This document shows positions 24,482-32,000 of a DNA stretch of 32,000 bases, one piece after another (the stretch's first letter is position 1; every line of letters starts with the position of its first letter). The stretch comes from Mycolicibacterium smegmatis. Lineage in GTDB: Bacteria; Actinomycetota; Actinomycetes; Mycobacteriales; Mycobacteriaceae. The stretch covers positions 2,040,001 to 2,072,000 of the forward strand of contig NZ_LN831039.1 of NCBI RefSeq assembly GCF_001457595.1. The letters are read 5' to 3'. The translations under genes were made by a program, and so were the position numbers. Under the pieces are notes generated by a model. That model saw nothing but the letters and a program-made list of their open reading frames with translations, ran no database searches and was not told the origin of the DNA.

Positions 24482-25981
24482 ATGTCGACCCTCGGTGATC
24501 TGCTCGCTGAGCACACCATGCTGCCCGGCTCTGCCGTCGACCATCTGCACGCGGTGGTCGGGGAGTGGCAGATGCTGTCGGATCTGTCGTTCGCCGACTA
24601 TCTGATGTGGGTGCGTCGCGACGACGGTGTGCTGGTGTGCGTCGCGCAGATCCGTCCCAACACGGCCCCGACGGTCCTGCTGGCAGATTCCGTGGGCAAG
24701 CTGGCCGGCCCCGACGACCTTCCCGTCGTCACCATGGCCTTCGAGTCCGGCGCGATCGGCCGGGGCAGCGACAAGGCCGGGCAGGGCTCCCGTACCAGGC
24801 CCGGACTCGACGTCGAGGCGGTCCCGGTGCGCCACCAGGGCCAGGTGGTCGCGGTGCTGACGCATCAGACCGCGCTCGCCGAGCGGCGGCTGACCAGCCC
24901 CCTCGAAGGCGCCTACCTCGACTGCGCCAACGACCTGCTGCACATGCTCGCCGAGGGCACCTTCCCGAACATCGGCGATCTCGCGATGTCGCGGTCGAGT
25001 CCGCGCGTCGGCGACGGGTTCATCCGGCTCAACGAGGGCGGTGAGGTCGTCTTCGCGAGTCCCAACGCGATCTCGGCCTATCACCGCATGGGACTGAACT
25101 CCGAACTCGACGGGCACAACCTGGTCGCGATCACGCGGCCGCTGATCTCCGACCCGTTCGAGGCCCAGGAGCTGGCCAACCACATCCGCGACTCGCTCGC
25201 GGGCGGTTCCAGCATGCGCATGGAGGTGGACGCCAACGGCGCCGCGATCCTGCTGCGCACCCTGCCGCTGGTCGCCGGCGGCAAGTCGCTGGGCGCCGCG
25301 GTGCTCATCCGCGACGTCACCGAGGTCAAGCGCCGCGACCGCGCGCTGCTGAGCAAGGATGCGACCATCCGGGAGATTCATCACCGGGTGAAGAACAACC
25401 TGCAGACCGTCGCCGCGTTGCTGCGCCTGCAGGCGCGCCGCACGAGCAACGAAGAGGCCCGCGAGGCGCTGATCGAATCGGTGCGCCGGGTCACCTCGAT
25501 CGCGTTGGTGCACGACGCGTTGTCGATGTCGGTCGACGAAGAGGTCAATCTCGACCAGGTCGTCGACCGCATCCTGCCGATCATGAACGACGTCGCCTCG
25601 GTGGACACCCCGATACGGATCAACCGGGTCGGCAACCTGGGTGTGCTCGACGCCGACCGCGCCACCGCGCTGATCATGGTCATCACCGAACTTGTGCAGA
25701 ACGCCATCGAGCACGCCTTCGACGCCAAGACCGAACAGGGCTGCGTCACCATCAAGGCCGAGCGATCGGCGCGCTGGCTCGACGTCGTGGTGCACGACGA
25801 CGGCCGTGGGCTGCCCGTGGGCTTCAGTTTGGAGAAGTCCGACCGGTTGGGTCTGCAGATCGTCAGGACGCTCGTGACGGCCGAACTGGACGGCTCTCTG
25901 GGCATGCACGACGTGCCGAGCGGCGGAACCGATGTGGTGTTGCGGGTGCCGATCGGCAGGCGCAGCCGGGGCGCGCAGTAG
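24482..25981 (+). CDS. pdtaS: Soluble GAF-PAS sensor histidine kinase PdtaS
   Basis: 499 aa with no TM segments. It has the HisKA_2-type H-box 'IREIHHRVKNNLQTVAALLRLQ' and HATPase motifs 'ELVQNAIEHAF', 'HDDGRGLP' and 'LGLQIV'. It is syntenic with Mtb Rv3220c. Confidence 0.88.
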   Translation: MSTLGDLLAEHTMLPGSAVDHLHAVVGEWQMLSDLSFADYLMWVRRDDGVLVCVAQIRPNTAPTVLLADSVGKLAGPDDLPVVTMAFESGAIGRGSDKAGQGSRTRPGLDVEAVPVRHQGQVVAVLTHQTALAERRLTSPLEGAYLDCANDLLHMLAEGTFPNIGDLAMSRSSPRVGDGFIRLNEGGEVVFASPNAISAYHRMGLNSELDGHNLVAITRPLISDPFEAQELANHIRDSLAGGSSMRMEVDANGAAILLRTLPLVAGGKSLGAAVLIRDVTEVKRRDRALLSKDATIREIHHRVKNNLQTVAALLRLQARRTSNEEAREALIESVRRVTSIALVHDALSMSVDEEVNLDQVVDRILPIMNDVASVDTPIRINRVGNLGVLDADRATALIMVITELVQNAIEHAFDAKTEQGCVTIKAERSARWLDVVVHDDGRGLPVGFSLEKSDRLGLQIVRTLVTAELDGSLGMHDVPSGGTDVVLRVPIGRRSRGAQ

Positions 25982-26102
25982 CCGTCACCGGTGCCATTGA
26001 TTGATGGCATTCGGTGTTCTGCACGCCATTATGCGGCCGCGTCAAAATGAAATGTGATCACGATTACGTGAATTCACTGTTGAAATTGTCCAGAAATGAG
26101 TT

Positions 26103-26131
26103 AGGGCCTCGGCGAAATTCGCCGAGGCCCT
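26103..26131. terminator. Strong hairpin between convergent pdtaS and whiB1; likely bidirectional intrinsic terminator
   Basis: AGGGCCTCGGCG-aaatt-CGCCGAGGCCCT forms a perfect 12-bp GC-rich stem with a 5-nt loop. Neither side has a strong U-tract, as I recall is common for mycobacterial terminators. Confidence 0.6.
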
Positions 26132-26151
26132 GACTTCGGGTATCTGAGAGC

Positions 26152-26406
26152 TCAGACTCCGGTGCGCGCCTTGGTGCGCGCGTTGCGACGCTTGAGTGCA
26201 CGGCGCTCGTCCTCGCTCATGCCGCCCCACACGCCGGCGTCCTGGCCCGACTCCAAAGCCCAGCTCAGGCACTCGGTGGTCACCGGGCACCGGTTGCACA
26301 CCAGCTTCGCGTCAGCGATCTGGGCAAGGGCCGGCCCACTGTTTCCCACCGGGAAGAACAGCTCCGGATCCTCGTCGCGACAGACCGCCTTGTGGCGCCA
26401 ATCCAT
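26152..26406 (-). CDS. whiB1: WhiB-family [4Fe-4S] transcription factor WhiB1
   Basis: 84 aa: MDWRHKAVCRDEDPELFFPVGNSGPALAQIADAKLVCNRCPVTTECLSWALESGQDAGVWGGMSEDERRALKRR. It has four Cys (C-x(n)-C-x2-C-x5-C), 'GVWGG' and a basic tail. The RBS is AGGAG. Confidence 0.95.
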   Translation of the reverse strand: MDWRHKAVCRDEDPELFFPVGNSGPALAQIADAKLVCNRCPVTTECLSWALESGQDAGVWGGMSEDERRALKRRNARTKARTGV

Positions 26407-26427
26407 GTGATCTAACTCCTAATCGGG

Positions 26428-26453
26428 CGCGCGGCAAAGCGCGCGAATTTTTT
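26428..26453 (+). other. GC stem plus T6 tract in the whiB1 leader; terminator-like on the strand antisense to whiB1
   Basis: CGCGCG (26428-26433) pairs with CGCGCG (26440-26445) across a 6-nt loop. On the + strand the stem is followed by aaTTTTTT (26448-26453). Confidence 0.3.
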
Positions 26454-26653
26454 CTCGGCTGTTAACGCGTGCACACAAATGTTTCTGCACTGTTGCATCT
26501 GATGTTTTCACACGCTCGACAGATGTCAATAGCAGTGAGTTAACACGTGGGCAATGTCACTACCTGGGTCGGGTAACCGACCACTTGTTCCGTTGTACTA
26601 CAGTGATACCTACCTACGCCCTCGATTAAGCGTGTGATGTACGTCTGCGCAGG

Positions 26654-27616
26654 TCAGGGGCGTGAACACGGTGGGGCGACCACCTTCAGCGCCGCCGGAA
26701 CCGCAGTGAAAGACATGGTTTCGCGCAGGCCGACGTAATCTCCGTCGATCTGGCACGCGACAGGCGTGTCGCTGGTCACTGTGACCGTAGGCACGTCGTC
26801 GTCGCGGATCAGATGCTTGCCTTCGACGCGCGGTTTCCGCGAGAGCATCTGCCGGACGAGGCGCAGGTTCGACCACACGTTCATGCTGGTCGTCGCAAAC
26901 ACCCCGAGTCCCGTCTCGAACGTCGTGTCCGGGTTGGTCCACACCGGCCGAGAATTGGCGTACGTCCACGGACTGGAGTTGGACACGAACGCGAAATGCA
27001 CGCCCGGCACCGGCTCCCTGCCGGGCAGGTGCAGCGTGAGCGAGGGCTCCTTGCGCACGCTGGCCAGCACCTCGCGCACCGCGACGCGGATGTAGCGGCC
27101 CGCGGTCACCTTGCGGCCCTTGGCCCGCTGCGCCTCCACCGCGGCCACGACGTCACCGTCGACACCCATGCCCGCGGTGAACACCGCCCAGCGCTCACCG
27201 CAGTCCATCAGGCCGATGCGCCGCCAGTCGTTGCCGTTGTGGTAGTCGCTGAGCAGGTCGACGAGTTGGTTGGTGGCGTCGATGGGGTCCGGGCTGATGC
27301 CGAGGGCGCGGGCGAAGACGTTCGCCGAACCCCCGGGCACCACCGACACCGCGGGTGCCGAATCGGCGTCGGGACGCGAGCCGCATTCACCGAGCACACC
27401 GTTGACGACTTCGTTGACCGTGCCGTCGCCGCCGTGCACGATCAGCACGTCCACGCCGTCACGGGTCGCCTCGCGGGCGATCTCGATCGCGTGACCACGA
27501 TGATCGGTGTGCGCGACGGTCAGGCTGACGCGGCTTTCCAGCGCATGTGCCAGCAGGTCGCGCCCCGCCGCGGTCGTCGAGGTCGCATTCGGGTTGACGA
27601 TCAGCACAGCGCGCAC
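26654..27616 (-). CDS. Diacylglycerol-kinase-family lipid kinase (Rv3218-like)
   Basis: 320 aa with a GTG start. 'VLIVNPNA' and '[16 protein letters not shown]' are the DAGK catalytic-domain signature. Confidence 0.85.
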   Translation of the reverse strand: MRAVLIVNPNATSTTAAGRDLLAHALESRVSLTVAHTDHRGHAIEIAREATRDGVDVLIVHGGDGTVNEVVNGVLGECGSRPDADSAPAVSVVPGGSANVFARALGISPDPIDATNQLVDLLSDYHNGNDWRRIGLMDCGERWAVFTAGMGVDGDVVAAVEAQRAKGRKVTAGRYIRVAVREVLASVRKEPSLTLHLPGREPVPGVHFAFVSNSSPWTYANSRPVWTNPDTTFETGLGVFATTSMNVWSNLRLVRQMLSRKPRVEGKHLIRDDDVPTVTVTSDTPVACQIDGDYVGLRETMSFTAVPAALKVVAPPCSRP

Positions 27617-27661
27617 GGGGAACCAGCCTATCGGGGTGTGCAGCGGCGCCGGCCCAACGAA

Positions 27662-28051
27662 TCAGTCCAGCAGATCCCCGTCGACGTAGACCCACGCGCC
27701 GTCCACACGTTCGAATCGGCTGCGTTCGTGCAGGATGCGGCGCCCTCCGCCGGTGACGTACTGCGCGCGGAACTCCACCACCCCGTGGTCATCGTCACGT
27801 CCGCCCGCCTCGGTGTCGACGATCTGCAGGCGCCGCCAGGCCACGGCGTCGTCGAGCGTCAACTCACGGGGCCGGCTCGCCGGATGCCAACTGGTCAGCA
27901 GATAGGCCGCGTCGCCGACCGCGAACGCGCTGTAGCGCGACCGCATCAGGGCCTGCGCGGTCTCCGCGGCACGCTCACCGCGGTGCAGCGGTCCACAGCA
28001 GTCGTCGTAGTCGTCGCCGCTCCCGCAGGGGCAACGCTCACCGTTCGACAC
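27662..28051 (-). CDS. YchJ-family protein with N-terminal SEC-C metal-binding motif
   Basis: '[17 protein letters not shown]' (SEC-C motif) followed by '[23 protein letters not shown]' (UPF0225/YchJ). I chose GTG 28051 ([12 protein letters not shown]). The rest of the track ORF (to 28579) runs antisense to aroQ and is spurious. Confidence 0.75.
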   Translation of the reverse strand: MSNGERCPCGSGDDYDDCCGPLHRGERAAETAQALMRSRYSAFAVGDAAYLLTSWHPASRPRELTLDDAVAWRRLQIVDTEAGGRDDDHGVVEFRAQYVTGGGRRILHERSRFERVDGAWVYVDGDLLD

Positions 28052-28129
28052 CGGGTCAGTTTCCCAGACGGCGCCTTCCGAGCGGGCGTCCTTGCAGTGC
28101 AGACACACGTGCGTCGGTACCGTACGGAG

Positions 28130-28567
28130 GTGACCGAACGCCGATTGCTGCTCGTGAACGGACCGAACCTGAACCTGCTCGGCACCCGGCAGCCCGAGAT
28201 CTACGGCACCACGACGCTGGCCGACATCGAACAGTCGGTGACCGCGCTGGCCGCCGAGTTCGGGTTCGAGGTGCGCGCGGTGCAGAGCAACCACGAGGGG
28301 GCCCTGGTCGACGCCATCCAGGCCGCCCGAACCGACTGTGCGGGCATCATCATCAATCCCGCTGCCTACAGCCACACCTCGGTGGCGATCGCGGACGCAC
28401 TGACCTCGGTGGAGCTTCCCGTGGCAGAGGTGCACCTGAGCAACATTCACCGACGCGAGGAGTTCCGGCATCACTCGTATGTCTCGGCGGTGGCCGAGAT
28501 GGTGATCTGCGGCGCCGGCGCGGCGGGTTACGAGTACGCGGTGCGCTACCTGGTGGGGCGGGTGTGA
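28130..28567 (+). CDS. aroQ: Type II 3-dehydroquinate dehydratase
   Basis: '[21 protein letters not shown]', '[13 protein letters not shown]', '[14 protein letters not shown]' and '[17 protein letters not shown]' are canonical type II DHQase motifs. The start is uncertain: GTG 28130 abuts GGAGG, and TTG 28145 or GTG 28154 are alternatives. Confidence 0.85.
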   Translation: MTERRLLLVNGPNLNLLGTRQPEIYGTTTLADIEQSVTALAAEFGFEVRAVQSNHEGALVDAIQAARTDCAGIIINPAAYSHTSVAIADALTSVELPVAEVHLSNIHRREEFRHHSYVSAVAEMVICGAGAAGYEYAVRYLVGRV

Positions 28568-28944
28568 TGGTTCAGCCACCCGGTGTGCGTTACGCCGGTT
28601 TCCTCACGGCCGCAGAGGGTGTCGCGGCGCTGGTGGTGGCCGTCGTGCTGTTGGTGCGTGCGATCGGCGGGGCCGATCAGCAGATCGTCAACGGCTGGGG
28701 CACCGCGCTGTGGTTCATCCTCATCGGCGGCGGTGTCCTGGTCGGCGGATGGGCCTTGATCACCGGAAGGCGTTGGGGGCGCGGCATTGCCGTGATCGCC
28801 AATCTGCTGCTGCTACCGGTCGCCTGGTACGTCATCACCTCGCACCACATCGTCTACGGCGTACTGCTGGGCCTGCTCGCGGTCGGCACGCTGGTGCTGC
28901 TGTTCACACCGTCGACGGTGGAATGGCTCACGCACCGGGACTGA
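28564..28944 (+). CDS. Small integral membrane protein with about 4 TM helices (Rv3217c-like by position)
   Basis: I count four hydrophobic stretches by eye: [47 protein letters not shown] and [18 protein letters not shown]. The start overlaps the aroQ stop, either GTGA at 28564 or TGATG at 28567. Confidence 0.7.
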   Translation: MMVQPPGVRYAGFLTAAEGVAALVVAVVLLVRAIGGADQQIVNGWGTALWFILIGGGVLVGGWALITGRRWGRGIAVIANLLLLPVAWYVITSHHIVYGVLLGLLAVGTLVLLFTPSTVEWLTHRD

Positions 28945-28950
28945 GCCGGA

Positions 28951-29430
28951 TCACTCCGCGGCGAGGGCGGTGAGCTCCCGCCCGGACACGCGGTAGGTGG
29001 TCCACTGCGTCTGCGGCTTGCCGCCGACGGCGTCGTACAGCGCGATCGCGTTGACGTTCCAGTTCAGCACCGCCCACTGCAACCGCGAGTAGCCGTTGTC
29101 GACGCACTCGCGGGCCAACGTCGCCAACAGTTTCCGCGCGATGCCGCGCCTGCGGAACGCCGGGCGCACGAACAGGTCCTCCAGGTAGATCCCGGCGACA
29201 CCGTCCCACGTGGAGAAGTTCAGGAACCACACCGCGGTCGCGGCGGCCTGACCGTCCACCTCGACGACGTGGGCGTAGGCCACCGGCTTGTCTCCGAAAA
29301 GCGCTGTGTGCAACTGCTCTTCGGTGACCGTGCACTCGTCGGAGGCGTGTTCGAACTCGGCGAGTTCGCGGATCATCGCGGTGATCTCGACCTCGTCGCC
29401 CGGACGGGCCCGGCGGATCAGTTCGGTCAT
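28951..29430 (-). CDS. GNAT-family N-acetyltransferase
   Basis: 159 aa from ATG 29430 (MTELIRRARPGD...). The acetyl-CoA binding motif is 'LFVRPAFRRRGIARKLL' (Q/RxxGxG/A). ATGA overlap with the upstream isochorismate synthase stop. The track ORF to 30144 is an extension. Confidence 0.85.
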   Translation of the reverse strand: MTELIRRARPGDEVEITAMIRELAEFEHASDECTVTEEQLHTALFGDKPVAYAHVVEVDGQAAATAVWFLNFSTWDGVAGIYLEDLFVRPAFRRRGIARKLLATLARECVDNGYSRLQWAVLNWNVNAIALYDAVGGKPQTQWTTYRVSGRELTALAAE

Positions 29431-30518
29431 TGCACTCCCAGCCCTGTCAGTATCGTGCGGAATTTGGTTGTGGTCTCGTCGACTTCGTCGTCGGGATCGG
29501 ATTCGGCGACGATGCCGCCCCCGGCATTCGCGAGCGCGACGCGGCGGTCGGCGGACAGTACGGCGCACCGGATCGACACCACCCAGCGGCCGTTGCCCGC
29601 GCTGTCGCACCAGCCGACGGCACCCGCGTAGAAGCCGCGGTCGCCTTCGAGTTCGGTGATGAGGGAGGCGGCCAGGTCGGTGGGGACGCCGCCGACGGCC
29701 GGTGTGGGATGCAGCGCGACGGCGAGATCGATTGCGGTGATCGCCTTGTCGCGCAACCGGCCACGGATCGGTGTGCTCAGGTGCCACAGCGCGTCGGTCG
29801 CGTGCAGTTCGGGCTGCGCGGCGATCTGCAGGTCGACGCACAACGGGTCGAGCGCCTTGCGCATGACGTCGACCACCAGTTCGTGCTCGTGGCGGTTCTT
29901 GCCGGAGGCGGCCAGCGCGGCGGCGTTCGCCCGGTCGGTCTCCAAATCGGCCGATCGTGGTGCCGAACCGGCGAACGGGCGGCAGATCACCTCGTCGCCG
30001 TCGCGGGCGACCAGCAACTCGGGGCTCGCGCCCACCAGCACGGTACCGGTGTGCGGATCGCCTGCCGGGCTCAGATCCGCCAGGTACACCGTGGCCGCCG
30101 GGTCCGCGTCGGCGAGTCGGCGCAGCACCGTGCGGGGATCCCACGGGGCTTCGGCGGTCAACCGCAGTGCGCGGGCCAGCACGACCTTGTCCAGCGGCGT
30201 GTCCGCGTCGCGCAACCGGCGCACCGCTTCGGCCACCCGCTCGCGGTGCACATCACCCGACGGCAGCGTCTCGCGCGTACGCAGCACCGGTGGAGTGCCC
30301 GTCGGCCAGTCGGGCAGCGCGCCGGCGACCCGCGCAGAAGCCGGGGCGTGCAGCGCCGCGGGCCCGGTCAGGTCGAACGGCAGCGCCCCGACGACGAGGT
30401 CCGCCGCGCCCGACGTCAGGGCCGCCCTGGCGCCGGCGATCGTGGCGAAGCCTGTCTGCACGCCCTCGCCGATCAGCACACCAGACGGGCCCGCGAAGAC
30501 GAACGACGGCGCGCTCAC
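29427..30518 (-). CDS. entC: Isochorismate synthase (chorismate-binding enzyme; Rv3215 entC-like)
   Basis: The chorismate-binding C-terminal pattern is 'LHPTPAVGGVP', 'GFYAGAVGW.D..GNG.W.V.IRCA' and 'AGGGIVAESDPDDE..ET..K'. I chose GTG 30518 because it overlaps the upstream stop (GTGA); the track ATG 30593 would overlap by 79 nt. Confidence 0.85.
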   Translation of the reverse strand: MSAPSFVFAGPSGVLIGEGVQTGFATIAGARAALTSGAADLVVGALPFDLTGPAALHAPASARVAGALPDWPTGTPPVLRTRETLPSGDVHRERVAEAVRRLRDADTPLDKVVLARALRLTAEAPWDPRTVLRRLADADPAATVYLADLSPAGDPHTGTVLVGASPELLVARDGDEVICRPFAGSAPRSADLETDRANAAALAASGKNRHEHELVVDVMRKALDPLCVDLQIAAQPELHATDALWHLSTPIRGRLRDKAITAIDLAVALHPTPAVGGVPTDLAASLITELEGDRGFYAGAVGWCDSAGNGRWVVSIRCAVLSADRRVALANAGGGIVAESDPDDEVDETTTKFRTILTGLGVQ

Positions 30519-31126
30519 TGGGGCAGACACGGGTTGGGGTGGCCGGTCAGGCCAAGAGCCGAGATCTGGCGCACGCCGTGCTCGAACCCGCACACGCCGA
30601 TCGATGCGGGCACCATGGATATCCGGATGCCATGTGTCACAGGCAGTTCCACCCAGCGGGCCAGGACGGCGCGGGAGAAGTGCCCGTGCCCGACGAACAC
30701 CACGTCACGGTCTTCGAGGTACTCCAGTGCCAGCGCCACGGCCCGGTCGGCACGCTCGCCCACCTCCTCGACACTCTCGCCGCCCGGGCAGCCGTGCTTC
30801 CACACCAGCCAGTCCGGCTCGGTTTCCCGGATCTGCGCCGTGGTGAGGCCCTCGTAGTTGCCGTAGTCCCACTCCGCGAGCAACGGAAGCTCTTCGGCGA
30901 CGGTCAGACCGGCCAGTTCGGCGGTGACCAGGGCCCGGCGGCGCGGGCTGCTGAACACCAGCGGGTCGCGCAACTGCAGTTCGGCGAGCGGTTCGGCGGC
31001 CAGCTTGGCCTGCTCACGGCCGGCCTCGGTGAGATCGAGGTCGGTGCGGCCGGTGTGCCTGCCGCTGGCCGACCATTCGGTCTCGCCGTGCCGGAGCAAC
31101 AAAAGGCGGTGCTGCTGGACGCTCAC
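30515..31126 (-). CDS. gpm2: Histidine-phosphatase (phosphoglycerate-mutase-like) family protein, Rv3214 gpm2-like
   Basis: 'HRLLLLRHGETEWSASGRHTGRTDLDLTEAG' is the RHG catalytic motif, and 'VFVGHGHF' supplies the second His. GTG 31126 gives 203 aa, the size I remember for Mtb Rv3214. The track ATG 31210 is an extension. Confidence 0.85.
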   Translation of the reverse strand: MSVQQHRLLLLRHGETEWSASGRHTGRTDLDLTEAGREQAKLAAEPLAELQLRDPLVFSSPRRRALVTAELAGLTVAEELPLLAEWDYGNYEGLTTAQIRETEPDWLVWKHGCPGGESVEEVGERADRAVALALEYLEDRDVVFVGHGHFSRAVLARWVELPVTHGIRISMVPASIGVCGFEHGVRQISALGLTGHPNPCLPQ

Positions 31127-31184
31127 ACCGGCGATTCTGCCCCACGGCGGGCCAAGGTCGCCCAGAGCGTGCTTGGATGGGGCT

Positions 31185-31982
31185 GTGACGCGAGTATTAG
31201 CGGTCGCCAATCAAAAGGGTGGGGTAGCCAAGACGACGACTGTGGCGTCCATCGGCGCGGCGCTCACCGAGCAGGGGCGCCGGGTGCTGCTCGTCGACCT
31301 GGACCCGCAGGGCTGTCTGACGTTCTCGCTGGGCCACGATCCCGACAAGCTGCCCGTGTCGGTACACGAGGTGCTGCTCGGCGACGTCGAGCCCAGTGCC
31401 GCGCTGGTCCGCACCGACGAGGGGATGACGCTGCTGCCGGCCAACATCGATCTGGCCGGCGCCGAGGCCATGCTCTTGATGCGGGCCGGGAGGGAGTATG
31501 CGCTCAAGCGCGCGCTGGCCAAACTCGATGGCGACTTCGACGTCGTGATCATCGACTGCCCGCCCTCGCTGGGTGTGCTCACGCTCAACGGGCTCACCGC
31601 AGCGCACGACGTGATCGTGCCGCTGCAGTGCGAGACACTGGCCCACCGCGGTGTCGGCCAGTTCCTGCGCACCATCTCCGACGTGCAGCAGATCACCAAC
31701 CCGGACCTGAAACTGCTGGGGGCGCTGCCCACGCTGTACGACTCACGCACCACGCACAGCCGCGACGTGTTGCTCGATGTCGCCGACCGCTACGAGCTTC
31801 CCGTGCTGGCGCCGCCGATTCCGCGCACGGTGCGGTTCGCCGAGGCCAGTGCGTCGGGATCCTCGGTGCTTGCCGGGCGCAAGAGCAAAGGCGCCATCGC
31901 CTATCGCGAGTTCGCCGACGCGCTGCTGCGGCACTGGAAGTCCGGCAGGAAGATGCCCACGTTCACCCCAGAGGTCGTGTAA
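31185..31982 (+). CDS. ParA/Soj-family P-loop ATPase (Rv3213c-like, orphan)
   Basis: 'VLAVANQKGGVAKTTT' is the deviant Walker A motif and 'VVIIDCPPSLG' is Walker B. GTG 31185 gives 265 aa. The track ORF from 30924 runs antisense to gpm2 and is an extension. Confidence 0.9.
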   Translation: MTRVLAVANQKGGVAKTTTVASIGAALTEQGRRVLLVDLDPQGCLTFSLGHDPDKLPVSVHEVLLGDVEPSAALVRTDEGMTLLPANIDLAGAEAMLLMRAGREYALKRALAKLDGDFDVVIIDCPPSLGVLTLNGLTAAHDVIVPLQCETLAHRGVGQFLRTISDVQQITNPDLKLLGALPTLYDSRTTHSRDVLLDVADRYELPVLAPPIPRTVRFAEASASGSSVLAGRKSKGAIAYREFADALLRHWKSGRKMPTFTPEVV

Positions 31983-32000
31983 GGGCTCGGATTTCCATGG

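Noticed and set aside
26047-26133. 28-aa AT-rich ORF (MKCDHDYVNSLLKLSRNELGPRRNSPRP) in the pdtaS/whiB1 spacer.
   Set aside because: Its codon usage (AAA, TTA, AGA, AAT) is atypical for this genome. There is no RBS, and the reading frame runs straight through the terminator hairpin.
26534-26549. AGTGAGTTAACACGTG as a direct counterpart of the remembered Mtb whiB1 CRP site.
   Set aside because: The GTG...CAC spacing is N6 rather than N8. The adjacent overlapping dyad (26546-26561) fits the CRP core better and is the one reported, at low confidence.
1-32000. Search for CRISPR arrays, IS elements and terminal inverted repeats, integrases, toxin-antitoxin pairs, defence systems, rRNA and tRNA.
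   Set aside because: I saw no periodic direct repeats, transposase or integrase motifs, or RNA gene signatures. Every long gap is explained by promoter or terminator regions. The window looks like core and metabolic chromosome rather than a mobile or defence island.

Overview
Visibly high-G+C actinobacterial chromosomal DNA (G+C not computed). The right-hand third (about 22.9-32.0 kb) matches, from memory, the Mycobacterium tuberculosis Rv3223c-Rv3213c block: sigH, rshA, TB7.3-like biotinyl protein, pdtaS, whiB1, Rv3218-like lipid kinase, membrane protein, GNAT, entC, gpm2, soj-like ATPase. This points to a fast-growing Mycobacterium/Mycolicibacterium. The left two-thirds is catabolic. It holds a complete benzoate -> catechol -> 3-oxoadipate -> succinyl-CoA/acetyl-CoA route, split into a benAB-benC/D + LysR-catBAC cluster (14.1-22.3 kb) and a LysR/pcaF-pcaD-pcaIJ cluster (0.5-5.0 kb). 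About 9 kb of unrelated genes on one strand separate them: two translationally coupled acyl-CoA dehydrogenases, a tandem-fused family III CoA-transferase, a LysR regulator, a 905-aa LAL/LuxR regulator and a VanY-like peptidase. The most unusual object is a single 920-codon ORF that joins a complete BenC reductase, a long low-complexity linker, an FCD (GntR-type ligand-binding) domain with no DNA-binding domain, and a complete BenD dehydrogenase. Other points: an unlisted 24-codon basic ORF (bL37-like) with a strong RBS, dyad-rich divergent LysR promoter regions that share an 8-mer, and a CoA-transferase whose two halves both seem to lack the canonical catalytic Asp. I saw no rRNA, tRNA, CRISPR array or mobile element. 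All calls rest on by-eye motif recognition; no searches were run.
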